From positions 1 through 39,504 of the IMG/VR virus record IMGVR_UViG_3300012936_000052: 39,504 nt of DNA; one strand, 5' to 3'. The stretch comes from a virus. Lineage: Duplodnaviria; Caudoviricetes. The position numbers and the translations under genes were made by a program. Shown here in pieces: positions 18,346-27,254 of this stretch. The notes beneath the pieces are model-generated. The model was not told the DNA's origin and made no database searches. It worked only from the letters and a program-made list of their open reading frames with translations. Numbering within the stretch: the first letter of the stretch is position 1; each line of letters starts with the position of its first letter.

Positions 18346-18498
18346 CTAAGCCTCAGTAATAAACATTAGACTGCCTTGGGCGCAACCCATAGCCATCATC
18401 TTTTTGCGCGCCTCAGCTTTGCTTGATGCCTCTACGCGAACATGTTTGCCATACTTGTTAAACCATGTAGCTTCGAAAAAACCGTAATAAATTTTCAT
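18346..18498 (-). CDS. 50-aa hypothetical protein
   Basis: MKIYYGFFEATWFNKYGKHVRVEASSKAEARKK...; GGAGA RBS; not in the ORF track. Confidence 0.7.
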   Translation of the reverse strand: MKIYYGFFEATWFNKYGKHVRVEASSKAEARKKMMAMGCAQGSLMFITEA

Positions 18499-18563
18499 TC
18501 TCAATCTCCGTTTCAATCAATCAACACCCGCACAATACAACATAATGCGGGTGTTTAGCCTTA

Positions 18564-18818
18564 TTAGTAACCGCCTGACGCGATTCTTAACCCACCATCC
18601 GCGCAATCAAGAACATAAAAAGGCCAGTAACCTTTACCGTTAACACCTCCAGAAGGGTCTCTAACTTCAAGCCATGTTTTTATGCTATCCATGCCTACAT
18701 GGAAGTTTTCAGGTTGGTCATTCTCCTGAATATCAAGAACAGGCATATCAGCCAAGGTAGTTGGCTTTAGTTTTGCGCCAATCTTTTTGGCGTATTCAGA
18801 AAGTGTAATTGCTTGCAT
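18564..18818 (-). CDS. Hypothetical protein (moron-like cassette)
   Basis: GGAGA RBS, own promoter upstream, hairpin downstream. Confidence 0.7.
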   Translation of the reverse strand: MQAITLSEYAKKIGAKLKPTTLADMPVLDIQENDQPENFHVGMDSIKTWLEVRDPSGGVNGKGYWPFYVLDCADGGLRIASGGY

Positions 18819-18846
18819 TTCTTATCTCCCGTTGATTTATGCTGCT

Positions 18847-18886
18847 AATGTAACACCTAATGCGGGTGTGACATATCCGACCAGTT
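18847..18886 (-). promoter_or_regulatory. FadR-like box 2 with extended -10 (TGtTACATT)
   Basis: Minus strand AACTGGTCGGATATGTC (18886-18870), TACATT at 18852-18847, upstream of ORF 18818. Confidence 0.65.
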
Positions 18887-19325
18887 ACCTAAGACGCAAC
18901 TCACTATCATTAATCCCGCGCGTGCCACGGTCTGATTCGCGCAACTCTTCCACCTGTACGATAGGTAAGTCGCTGTGAGACTCTTGTATAATCATCTGGG
19001 CCACTTTGTCGCCTGCTTTAAGCTCAACTGTGTCATGGCCGTGATTGATTAGCGAGACCATTACTTCACCGCCGTATCCTGCATCCACAACTCCTACTAG
19101 TACGTCTAAACCCCATTTAGCTGCTAGCTTGCTGCGTGTGCGTATATGGCCGAAATAACCGTATGGAATACCAAACGCTAACCCAGTACCAAGTAATGCG
19201 CGTTGACCTGGTTGTAAAGTTACGCTTTCACGGGTGCGCAAGTCTAAACCAGCATCGCCTAAGTTGGCCGACTTTGGAATATCAATGTGCTCGTATAGTT
19301 TTTTGATTTGCAATGCTGCTTTCAT
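18885..19325 (-). CDS. dut: dUTPase (trimeric)
   Basis: AGLDL, RSKLA, GVVDAGYGGE, GDKVAQ and RGTRG motifs I-V. Confidence 0.95.
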   Translation of the reverse strand: MKAALQIKKLYEHIDIPKSANLGDAGLDLRTRESVTLQPGQRALLGTGLAFGIPYGYFGHIRTRSKLAAKWGLDVLVGVVDAGYGGEVMVSLINHGHDTVELKAGDKVAQMIIQESHSDLPIVQVEELRESDRGTRGINDSELRLR

Positions 19326-19365
19326 CTTCCCTCACTTGGGCGCGTGGTGCGCCCTGTTAAATAAA

Positions 19366-19839
19366 TCAAAAAGGTATATCGTCGCTATAATTAGCTTGAC
19401 CTTGTTGTTGTTGCTGCATTGAACATTTTGCAACGTTTTGCCCTTGTGCTTGCGGCTGCTGCTGGCTTGTCTGCGATTGTTGTGGTTGCTGGTAATTCCC
19501 GTTTTGAGACTGGCTTGCGCTACCCTGCAAGGTTAAATCCCTAACCATTAGGTTTAGCTTAGGGATTATTTGACCGTCATTTTTGGTAAAGGTATCAACA
19601 TCAACCGAACCACTAACGGAAACCTTTTGGCCTTTAACTAGGTATTGTTGAAGCGCCTCGGCTTGCTTACCCCATACAGCACAATCAACCCACAGCGTTT
19701 CTTTGTTTCCGTTTTGGTCTTTCTTTTTCTTGTCTACTGCAAGAGAGAAATTAACCACCGTTATCTGGCCTTGGTTACCGTTAACGCTGTTGACTCTACA
19801 ATCTTGACCGATATTACCCGCAAATGTTGCGTTATTCAT
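19366..19839 (-). CDS. ssb: Single-stranded DNA-binding protein
   Basis: OB fold (GNIGQD, WVDCAVWGKQAE...YLVKGQKV), Q-rich linker, DDIPF tail. Confidence 0.96.
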   Translation of the reverse strand: MNNATFAGNIGQDCRVNSVNGNQGQITVVNFSLAVDKKKKDQNGNKETLWVDCAVWGKQAEALQQYLVKGQKVSVSGSVDVDTFTKNDGQIIPKLNLMVRDLTLQGSASQSQNGNYQQPQQSQTSQQQPQAQGQNVAKCSMQQQQQGQANYSDDIPF

Positions 19840-19840
19840 T

Positions 19841-20290
19841 CTACTTTGCTCCGTTTTTTACTTGGTTGTATGCGTATTTTGCTATCCAGTAAGCATCGCG
19901 TATATCTTCGTTTGTGCGCCCTGTGTAGCCCGTTAATTCTGCAAATAATTTTGCGTTATTCTTGGTTTGCTTGCCGATACCAGGCGGCACAAGTATTATA
20001 TTTCCGCCGTGGTGTTCAATGTAATCTTGAATGATAGTGGCCGAAGCTTTAACCATCCCCACATTTTGCGCTATTCGCGATTGTACAGCTTGACCGCCTT
20101 TGCGATTTTTGGCGTAAATGGTTTTTATTGCGTTGACGTTTTCTAGTGCGAAAATATGGCTGCCAGAAAGGCTTTCGACTTCATTGAGCAGACAGCATGT
20201 TTCCCATGCTGCAAACTCAAAACCATCTTCATCAAAAAAACAAATGCCCGGCTTTCTCATATCCGGGTCGATGCCGATTATTTTAATCAT
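19841..20290 (-). CDS. RuvC-like Holliday junction resolvase / RNase H-fold nuclease
   Basis: IIGIDP, FALE, NEDIRDA acidic motifs. Confidence 0.75.
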   Translation of the reverse strand: MIKIIGIDPDMRKPGICFFDEDGFEFAAWETCCLLNEVESLSGSHIFALENVNAIKTIYAKNRKGGQAVQSRIAQNVGMVKASATIIQDYIEHHGGNIILVPPGIGKQTKNNAKLFAELTGYTGRTNEDIRDAYWIAKYAYNQVKNGAK

Positions 20291-20909
20291 CTAAAAAATC
20301 CTCTGCAGAGTTTTTCGGTGCCGGTTCATCAGCTTCACCAAATGACCTAATAGTTTGGCGCTGCTCCTCGGTCAAGGTGCCAGTTTGCTCGCAACGAGTA
20401 ATGACCTGCTCCGGTGTAAACTCTCCACCTTTAATCATTTTCTCCATTGCTCCCAATGCCGCGTTAAACTTTTCAACTGGGTAAGGCGGTTTTTGTTGTT
20501 TCTCTAGTTTTTCTACGGTGTAGGTTTTCTTCTTTCCGCGAGCCTCAGATACTTTAATGGTTGCGGTGCCTTGAATATCTGTCATGCCGTTAATGCGTAA
20601 TCCGCCAGTTTCCTTACCTGCATATACAACCGTCATTTCGTTGTATAAGCGCAATTGACGGCCAATGTATAAGTTGCCATCCTCACCCCATAGTTGAGTG
20701 ATAATGCGCCTTTGTGTCTTACATGGCTTGAATGGTCTGCCACTATCACCTTCATAGTTAATATAGAAAGCGGGGTTTCTTTTTGGGTCAAGATAGCGAA
20801 CTACGCCGGTGATAGTTATTAGCTTTTCACCATGCAATAAGTCATCACCGTTAAGGCGGTCTGACTCTGGCACCACAGTATCAGAAAGGTTTGAAATATC
20901 ATTAGTCAT
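20283..20909 (-). CDS. Putative recombination (single-strand annealing) protein
   Basis: SDRLNGDDL...PFKPCKT.RR...WG...GGLRI; sits between the RecE-like exonuclease and the resolvase/SSB; function inferred from context. Confidence 0.5.
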   Translation of the reverse strand: MTNDISNLSDTVVPESDRLNGDDLLHGEKLITITGVVRYLDPKRNPAFYINYEGDSGRPFKPCKTQRRIITQLWGEDGNLYIGRQLRLYNEMTVVYAGKETGGLRINGMTDIQGTATIKVSEARGKKKTYTVEKLEKQQKPPYPVEKFNAALGAMEKMIKGGEFTPEQVITRCEQTGTLTEEQRQTIRSFGEADEPAPKNSAEDFLDD

Positions 20910-21735
20910 CGAATGTCACCTCCATATCGTCACGGCCAAAAATTGGGAAAACCTCTTCATACACCCAATCATCAGTTTTAAATCTTCTCGAATACTCACC
21001 AAGGTTATTGAGCATATCATCCCAAAAGCCAAGTGTTTCTAATTCGCCGCGTGTTATTGTGAATACGCTTTGTGGATATTTGCCAAGCTCTATTGTTTTT
21101 TGGCTCAAACCAAACTTGTAGGTATCAACCGGTTTGCCGTAAAACTTTGACATGGTGTAAATGTAAAACGCTGCAGTATGCCCGTAATCGAATTTGAATA
21201 GCGGGTTTTTCCACTCTACCGGTTCGCGCCAGTCGCTAATTGATGTAGTGCTTTTTAAGTCACCGATAAAACCATGCTTTTCAAATGCATCAACATCAGG
21301 TCTGCATTTAAGCCAGATTTCAAACTCATCATCGTAAACAAATATTGATGATTCGCGATCGCCTTCTGCAGTTAAAAATAAATTCATTGCAGGGTGGCAA
21401 AGCGCACTCGCTTGCATGATTCTAATTTGTTCGGATTCAACCTCGGTTAGCACAACTTTGTCGTGGTTGTCGTTAACCTCTTTAATAAATGTCTTTGTTG
21501 TTCTGCCTGCAACGCTACTAACAAAAACATCATCATCAAATTTCTCTGGCTCCAACAGTGCCGTATGCAATGCGGTGCCAAAGTCCTTTGTTGCAACCTT
21601 TGAGTTGTCAACCGGTGCCACTTTTGACCAAGTGTAATCAGACGGGTTTTTCTTAACCATTAGCAAATCAGAGTTTGCTACGCCTTCCATTTTTCTGTAC
21701 TCATCGTTGCTTATAAACAGCTTTTGATTTTTCAC
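20902..21735 (-). CDS. RecE/exonuclease VIII-like PD-(D/E)XK nuclease
   Basis: FGTALHTALLEP, KCRPD, DLKST motifs; GTG 21735 best fits the GGAG RBS (TTG 21741 is an alternative). Confidence 0.88.
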   Translation of the reverse strand: MKNQKLFISNDEYRKMEGVANSDLLMVKKNPSDYTWSKVAPVDNSKVATKDFGTALHTALLEPEKFDDDVFVSSVAGRTTKTFIKEVNDNHDKVVLTEVESEQIRIMQASALCHPAMNLFLTAEGDRESSIFVYDDEFEIWLKCRPDVDAFEKHGFIGDLKSTTSISDWREPVEWKNPLFKFDYGHTAAFYIYTMSKFYGKPVDTYKFGLSQKTIELGKYPQSVFTITRGELETLGFWDDMLNNLGEYSRRFKTDDWVYEEVFPIFGRDDMEVTFDD

Positions 21736-21769
21736 TTTCAATCTCCATCACTTTTAATTAAGTGTAACC

Positions 21770-21798
21770 ATATTAATCAATAAAAAAGCACCCGTCAA
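21770..21798 (-). promoter_or_regulatory. Sigma70-type promoter for the recombination genes
   Basis: TTGACG-17 bp-TAATAT on the minus strand; overlaps an AAAAAGCA/TGCTTTTT inverted repeat. Confidence 0.7.
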
Positions 21799-23627
21799 GA
21801 TGCTTTTTCTTCTCTTCCTGTTCTAAACTTTTTACGGTTTATGATACTAAATCCTTTATCGTTTACCCGGTGCGTAATCTCAACAGGTGTATCGAACATT
21901 GCTTTATTTCTTATCACATCGACAACCGTCCTTGTTCGTGCCATTCCGTTTCTAAAATTCCTGCCTTGAATATGTTGTTCAATAAACTTGTACCAACGCG
22001 CACGTTGCACTCTATCGTCATTGCATACATCGAAATACTCCTTTGCCACTTCGGGGTATTCCATGCCATTCTTTTTGTAAGTGCTTTCTAACTCATACGA
22101 AACGCACAACTTACCGGTGCCGGTTTCTGTGTAGTGCATTTTTCTAACTGGCTTATAGTCCGCGTCAGTGTACGCCTTTCTTACTAACTTGCTGTTAGGG
22201 TCAATCATCACGGCACCGCAATTTCTGCAATTTTGTGCTGTTGGTGAGTTTTCCGTTTCACAGTTTAGGCACATGGTAGATTTAAAAAAGTGCTCGCATC
22301 TACCATCATCTGATTGGGTGTCACCACCGATGCATCGAACCGCAAATTCACTATTAGCTGTTTTACATTTGGGGCATTCTATCTGATTATGCTCTTGTTT
22401 TGCTTTTGCTGCAGTGGCTTTATCAATTATTGGGTCGTCGTAAATGTTGCCCATTAATTCCAGGGTATCGGTGTAGTCCAAAATTAGCGCATCGTCTTTT
22501 TTTAGCCCCGCGTCGATTTGCTCAGGTTTTAACGTGCGCAATACACGGCCTAAAAGCTGGATAACTAGCGTTAAGCTGCCAATCTTTCTCAATATCACGC
22601 TGGTATCTAGGCGTGGAATATTTATACCGGTGGTCAAACATCCAATCTGTATTAGGTATTTAATTTTACCGCTTTTTGCATCTACTAGTATGCGGCGGCG
22701 CTCTTTTGTGCTGGTTGAATCTGTCACTATCCCCCAGCTACCATCAGGTAAGCATTCAGAAACTTGTTCACAGTGTTTCTTGCTGGCGCATGTAATCATA
22801 ACTCCAAGACGGTCTTTTGTTCGGTGTATAACTTCCTCCATAATGGATTGCGTCATATCTTTGTCTTTGGTTATTTTGCGGCCCATCGCCTGCAGTTCTT
22901 TTTGCGTGTAATCGCCTGCTCCTTCTTCGTTCTTATCAAACTCCTTTAAGTCGTAATGATGATTTTCATCACCAAAGCCGAAAACAGGATTAACCAGGAA
23001 TCCTTCGCTGATTAATTGATATGTTGAAACGTTGCTCAACTCATGTTTCCAAAAATCACCGTATACGGTTTCGCTGCCTCTGAATGGTGAACCTGTATAA
23101 CCGATTATTCTCAGTTTTTGGTTGAGCGAATAAAAGTGGGTTATTATTATGGCAAACTGGCTATATTTGGTTTTTCCGTTTTCGTCCTTGTTTTCGTATA
23201 TGTCGAAACCTTTTTGATGCTCTTCACGGCATAATAAAACGTCCTTCCAATTAACCATGTGGGCTTCATCAATAGCCAAGAAGTCAACGCGGTAATTAAA
23301 ATGCTCCTGTAATGCTCTACACACTGAACCTTCTGTTCCAAACACTGCAGGGTAAAAAGTAGAGGCGCGATTAAGTGAGGCGCTAAATATTGAGCACTTG
23401 CCACCTATAAAGCGGTAATCATCAGAGTTTTGTTCAATCAGCTCACCTTGCCTAGCAAGCACAACGGCTTGACCGCCTTTATCAACCACATGCTTAACAT
23501 CGAAAGCAATAGAAATTGTTTTACCTGCACCAACGGTCATGTTGTGCAATGCTGGCTCGTTAGTCTTGCGGCAATGGTTGATAGTGGCTTGGTGTGCGTC
23601 TTTCTGGTAGTATCTAAGTTCAATCAT
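21795..23627 (-). CDS. SF2 DEAH helicase (RadD/YejH-like) with C-terminal zinc ribbons
   Basis: TVGAGKT, DEAH, TGSPFR, LTTGIN, QLLGRVLR, several CxxC; ATG 23627 overlaps the upstream stop. Confidence 0.92.
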   Translation of the reverse strand: MIELRYYQKDAHQATINHCRKTNEPALHNMTVGAGKTISIAFDVKHVVDKGGQAVVLARQGELIEQNSDDYRFIGGKCSIFSASLNRASTFYPAVFGTEGSVCRALQEHFNYRVDFLAIDEAHMVNWKDVLLCREEHQKGFDIYENKDENGKTKYSQFAIIITHFYSLNQKLRIIGYTGSPFRGSETVYGDFWKHELSNVSTYQLISEGFLVNPVFGFGDENHHYDLKEFDKNEEGAGDYTQKELQAMGRKITKDKDMTQSIMEEVIHRTKDRLGVMITCASKKHCEQVSECLPDGSWGIVTDSTSTKERRRILVDAKSGKIKYLIQIGCLTTGINIPRLDTSVILRKIGSLTLVIQLLGRVLRTLKPEQIDAGLKKDDALILDYTDTLELMGNIYDDPIIDKATAAKAKQEHNQIECPKCKTANSEFAVRCIGGDTQSDDGRCEHFFKSTMCLNCETENSPTAQNCRNCGAVMIDPNSKLVRKAYTDADYKPVRKMHYTETGTGKLCVSYELESTYKKNGMEYPEVAKEYFDVCNDDRVQRARWYKFIEQHIQGRNFRNGMARTRTVVDVIRNKAMFDTPVEITHRVNDKGFSIINRKKFRTGREEKAS

Positions 23628-24418
23628 AATAATCTGTCTCGCTTTTGCAGTTGTTCGCCATCCCATAAAAGATGGTTCATTTCATAACACAGCCAGTCAT
23701 CATCTGAGGGGGTAATGACTGGCTTTATTTTTAAGCCTCCATTATTCCATTTGCATACGTATTTAAAAACAACGTCTGTAAAGCACACAGCAACGTTTAA
23801 ATTGAATCTTGATGCAATGGCGTACCCATCTTTCAAAGTCGTCACAGCGGCCCATTTATCACCGTTATTCTTTGCGATTCGATAGAAGCAATCGTAAGAA
23901 ATACCACCGGCAACAAAAATAGGCGTTTCTTTGTCGTATGGCTCAAAGTGAACAAGGTTTTTTAATTCGCCGTCTGCAGTCATTAAGGGCAAATAAACTT
24001 TTCCGCTTTTTGACTTGTAGTAATCATCAATTGGATCGCAATTCGCCAATATCTGATTACACATTTCTGGTTCTTCGCAATGGTCGTCTAATTGTCTTGC
24101 TCTTGGTGCCCGCTTTTCGTTTCTCGCTATTTTTTCGGGTGAGGTCATTTCAATTTCACCACCTAGCGACTTGATAGCGTCGACAAAATCCATTTGTGCA
24201 TATTCCGTCAACCAGTCAATAACATCACCTTTGGCGCCACAACCAAAGCAATAGTAGAACTGCTTATCTTCGCTAACGGTAAACGATGGCGTTTTTTCAC
24301 TGTGGAAAGGACAGCAAGCAGTATAGTTTTTGCCGTTCTTTTTTAGTCGTACATAGCTGTCAATAACGTCAACTATGTTTGCCTGGCGTTTAAGTTTGTC
24401 TATCTCGTGCTTATCCAT
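23624..24418 (-). CDS. Primase-like protein: DnaG CHC2 zinc finger plus degenerate TOPRIM-like region
   Basis: CPFHSEKTPSF...CFGCGAKGDVI; C-terminus lacks an evident EG motif. Confidence 0.85.
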   Translation of the reverse strand: MDKHEIDKLKRQANIVDVIDSYVRLKKNGKNYTACCPFHSEKTPSFTVSEDKQFYYCFGCGAKGDVIDWLTEYAQMDFVDAIKSLGGEIEMTSPEKIARNEKRAPRARQLDDHCEEPEMCNQILANCDPIDDYYKSKSGKVYLPLMTADGELKNLVHFEPYDKETPIFVAGGISYDCFYRIAKNNGDKWAAVTTLKDGYAIASRFNLNVAVCFTDVVFKYVCKWNNGGLKIKPVITPSDDDWLCYEMNHLLWDGEQLQKRDRLL

Positions 24419-24420
24419 AG

Positions 24421-24621
24421 CTAGATACCGTGACGCGATGCTATTTCGCGCTTTTCTTCTTTGCTAAGTGAGCCTGTAAATGCAGCGTGATAAATCTTGC
24501 ATCCTTTCACGCTTTGGTTTGCAATCTTTTCAATCTCACCAAATGAGCACTTACCCAAATAAATCCAACCTGAAAAATCACCACTGCTTTCAACTAGCAC
24601 ATCATATTGTTCAATCATCAC
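24421..24621 (-). CDS. Hypothetical protein
   Basis: 66-aa ORF coupled between replication genes, GAGG RBS. Confidence 0.65.
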   Translation of the reverse strand: MMIEQYDVLVESSGDFSGWIYLGKCSFGEIEKIANQSVKGCKIYHAAFTGSLSKEEKREIASRHGI

Positions 24622-26177
24622 TTTAACCTCGGATTAATAAAAACGGTTTGACCATCTAACACGCAGTAATTAAGTTGTTCTAGCTTCGGTATAACCTCCT
24701 CTTTTATTTTTCTGGTCATGTTGCGAGAACCTTTGAACGGCTTTTTGTTCTTCACTAAATCACGAATGGCGGCAACCGTTGTTTTTGTCTTGCCACGCGA
24801 TGCCATGCCTTGAATTACCTCAATCATTTTATTGACCTCTGAGTTTGAACCAACATAACCCATATAATCAGCGCTATTGATAAACGTTTTAGCTAGTTCG
24901 TCAAAGATGCTCATAGCCCAATAAACGTAATCGTCTGATATGGTTTTATTGCGGTCTGCTCCATCCTGCCATTGGTCAATAGTGTGTAGGACTGCAGCTA
25001 ACTTTCTAACCTGCTTATCAGCTTTACCGATAAAACCAGTTGTTAGGTTGTGGCTGTTTTCGCCATCATCGCGCATTGTTGGCTCTAAGCGTTGCTTGTA
25101 GTCACGCAACACACTTTCCGCTGCTTGGCTGAAATTAAGCGTCACTTTCTTTTCATTGACGATGTTGGACACAAGTTGCACATAACGCTCATACATCGAA
25201 TTATCAAAGCTATATTTTCGGTAATGGTCGCGACTACCTAAGTTTGATTTTTCTGACAGCATTAAAAATCGCTCTGTTAAACCTCGACCACTGGCACCTG
25301 CGGCAAGCAATGTATCAATGGTATCATCCTGGGCGATTACGCTAATTGATGCGCGAACTTCACCGGTATAGCCGTTACGGCTTACCCGGTCAGATGCATA
25401 CCACTCACCATCCCAAGCCTTTAGCAATAGTTCAACGTTAGACTTATTTTGGCCGTCACCATAAACGCTGCCCACAACCACATTAACCGCTTCGGCCTCT
25501 GCAGATACGATGTTAAACATGCCATCGTTTTTATCTAAGCCCGCGTCAATTGCTTCAATGGTTGAGTTGGTTACTGCAGGCGACCATTTAGGTATTTCAT
25601 TTAGTCGAATCAACTTTTGTTCAATCTGGTCTACTATTTCCTCCTCGTCGTATTTATCTTTACCTTTACCAATTCCATCAAGCTGTCTTTCTAACCTTTT
25701 AACTTCACGCTCTAATTGTCCGCGCTCTTTCTCGTGAACTTCATTTAAAGATTTGTACGCTTTCAATATCGGCGTGAATAATCGACGGTTAACTTCTGAC
25801 TTACCGGTACTTGGTGGTTGAGCGGTTATGACGTAAAGGCAAACCGGCAGTTCTGAAAAGCCGTATTCAATGTTAAACGATTTTGTCATGGCTGACGCGA
25901 CACAACCAAGTCCATGCAAAAATATTGTTGACGATGGGAATTGCAAATATCCCTTAATGCCTTTTGCTAACTCCGTCATTAAATCACCACGCTGGCTAAC
26001 ACAAATATCGGGTGACTCTATCTTTTTGGCTTCGCTTGCATCTTTAGGCTCAGGCCATAGCGAAGGCTTGTTTATGTGAGCGCTACCAACATGAACAGCG
26101 GCAATGTGATTAGGCACGTTATTCGCTGCAGCATAGTCAAGCACATCATCCATTATCGGTGCGTTGTTTTGGTACAT
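24618..26177 (-). CDS. DUF3987/YfjI-family ATPase, putative replicative helicase
   Basis: LYV...QPPSTGKS Walker A, LLKAWDG...RVSR, GRGLTERFL, C-terminal winged helix ending INP. Confidence 0.8.
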   Translation of the reverse strand: MYQNNAPIMDDVLDYAAANNVPNHIAAVHVGSAHINKPSLWPEPKDASEAKKIESPDICVSQRGDLMTELAKGIKGYLQFPSSTIFLHGLGCVASAMTKSFNIEYGFSELPVCLYVITAQPPSTGKSEVNRRLFTPILKAYKSLNEVHEKERGQLEREVKRLERQLDGIGKGKDKYDEEEIVDQIEQKLIRLNEIPKWSPAVTNSTIEAIDAGLDKNDGMFNIVSAEAEAVNVVVGSVYGDGQNKSNVELLLKAWDGEWYASDRVSRNGYTGEVRASISVIAQDDTIDTLLAAGASGRGLTERFLMLSEKSNLGSRDHYRKYSFDNSMYERYVQLVSNIVNEKKVTLNFSQAAESVLRDYKQRLEPTMRDDGENSHNLTTGFIGKADKQVRKLAAVLHTIDQWQDGADRNKTISDDYVYWAMSIFDELAKTFINSADYMGYVGSNSEVNKMIEVIQGMASRGKTKTTVAAIRDLVKNKKPFKGSRNMTRKIKEEVIPKLEQLNYCVLDGQTVFINPRLK

Positions 26178-26179
26178 GA

Positions 26180-26425
26180 TTACACTCCGAACCATTCATT
26201 CACATCAGGGCGCATTTGCTCTTTTGTGATTACTCCTTTTACTTTCTCGTGATTCTCTAACTTGATTGCTGCAGTTGCGCTGATTTTGCCTCTACGGAAC
26301 CATTGGTAAACGGTTTGCCTATTAACCCCGCAAGCTTCAGCCATTCTTGTTTTGTTAAAACCAAAGCACCTCCAAACTACGCCTAATGCTTTTCTGTGTT
26401 GCTCTTTTATTTCTGGTGAATACAT
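26180..26425 (-). CDS. Cro/YdaS-like HTH protein
   Basis: KTRMAEACGVNRQTVYQW..RGKIS...MRPD. Confidence 0.82.
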   Translation of the reverse strand: MYSPEIKEQHRKALGVVWRCFGFNKTRMAEACGVNRQTVYQWFRRGKISATAAIKLENHEKVKGVITKEQMRPDVNEWFGV

Positions 26426-26435
26426 TTATCTTCTC

Positions 26436-26684
26436 CTAGTTCCAACTTTCAATATCAGGTCTGCAATCTTTCTTTTTGATTGCGTTATTTACCTCCGGTG
26501 AATCAAGCAATTTCTGTACGCTCGTTTGAGATATAAAACCTTGCTTATACCACTTTTTTGCAGTCTCACGAGAAACGCCGGCAGCCTTTGCAACATTAGC
26601 CAGGTGATTACCGAAGCGAGCAAAGATAAAGTTTGTTGCAACTCTTGCTCTATGAATGTCAATTTTTGTAGCCCACTTGTTCAT
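26436..26684 (-). CDS. Cro/YdaS-like HTH protein (paralogue of the neighbouring gene)
   Basis: LANVAKAAGVSRETAKKW..QGFIS...CRPD; AAGGAG RBS. Confidence 0.8.
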   Translation of the reverse strand: MNKWATKIDIHRARVATNFIFARFGNHLANVAKAAGVSRETAKKWYKQGFISQTSVQKLLDSPEVNNAIKKKDCRPDIESWN

Positions 26685-26714
26685 GGTTACTCCTTTTGTT
26701 TAAATGGGGTTTTA

Positions 26715-26743
26715 ATAGTAAACATGCGTTACCATTATTTCAA
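26715..26743 (-). promoter_or_regulatory. Sigma70-type promoter of the replication operon
   Basis: TTGAAA-17 bp-TACTAT on the minus strand. Confidence 0.7.
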
Positions 26744-26749
26744 TAGTTA

Positions 26750-27120
26750 TTTTGGAAATAAGAAATAAAAGGATTTTTCTGCCCATTTAAGGATGTAAAA
26801 GGGCATTTTCTGCCCGCTCTACAGGCCGCGTTTTTAAAGGGTTTTATGTCTAAATAAGGAAATAGGATAGATAGATAGAGTACTTTACTTACTTACTATT
26901 ATATTTATATGTAATAGGGGTGTATTTTATTTTTAGGTATAGAGGGGGTGTACTGGCAATAGCCCAACATCCTTTTTTTGGCAAGAAAACCAGTAATGGC
27001 AAGGGCTGCAGCGTGGGCAAACAGTATCCTTTTTTCTTCCTTTTTGGTGGCTGATTTGTCCTTTTGCACCCAAAATATGCTTACCCATTAAAGAAATTTA
27101 TGAATAAGTGGGTTATTTAT
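26750..27120. other. Candidate replication origin / control region
   Basis: Longest non-coding stretch; AT-rich core with ATAG and ACTT microrepeats, flanked by AAGG repeats on the left and CCTTTT repeats on the right. Confidence 0.55.
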
Positions 27121-27122
27121 AA

Positions 27123-27161
27123 AGTTTAGTTATGGGTTAGAAATAACAGATCCGACCAGTA
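27123..27161 (-). promoter_or_regulatory. FadR-like box 3 with -10 (TAAACT), firing leftwards into the origin/replication arm
   Basis: Minus strand TACTGGTCGGATCTGTT (27161-27145), TAAACT at 27128-27123. Confidence 0.55.
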
Positions 27162-27179
27162 AATAAACCACAAAAAGTG

Positions 27180-27207
27180 CTGACAACAAAGCGTGAAGTG
27201 CTATTAT
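27180..27207 (+). promoter_or_regulatory. Rightward early sigma70 promoter
   Basis: CTGACA-16 bp-TATTAT with a TGn extended -10. Confidence 0.7.
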
Positions 27208-27254
27208 ATACACATACCAACGAGGCAACGAACAAAAACATTGGAGATTGAGAA

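Noticed and set aside
19338-19354. GGGCGC/GCGCCC hairpin between ssb and dut as a terminator
   Set aside because: No T-tract on the transcribed strand; at most an mRNA stability element.
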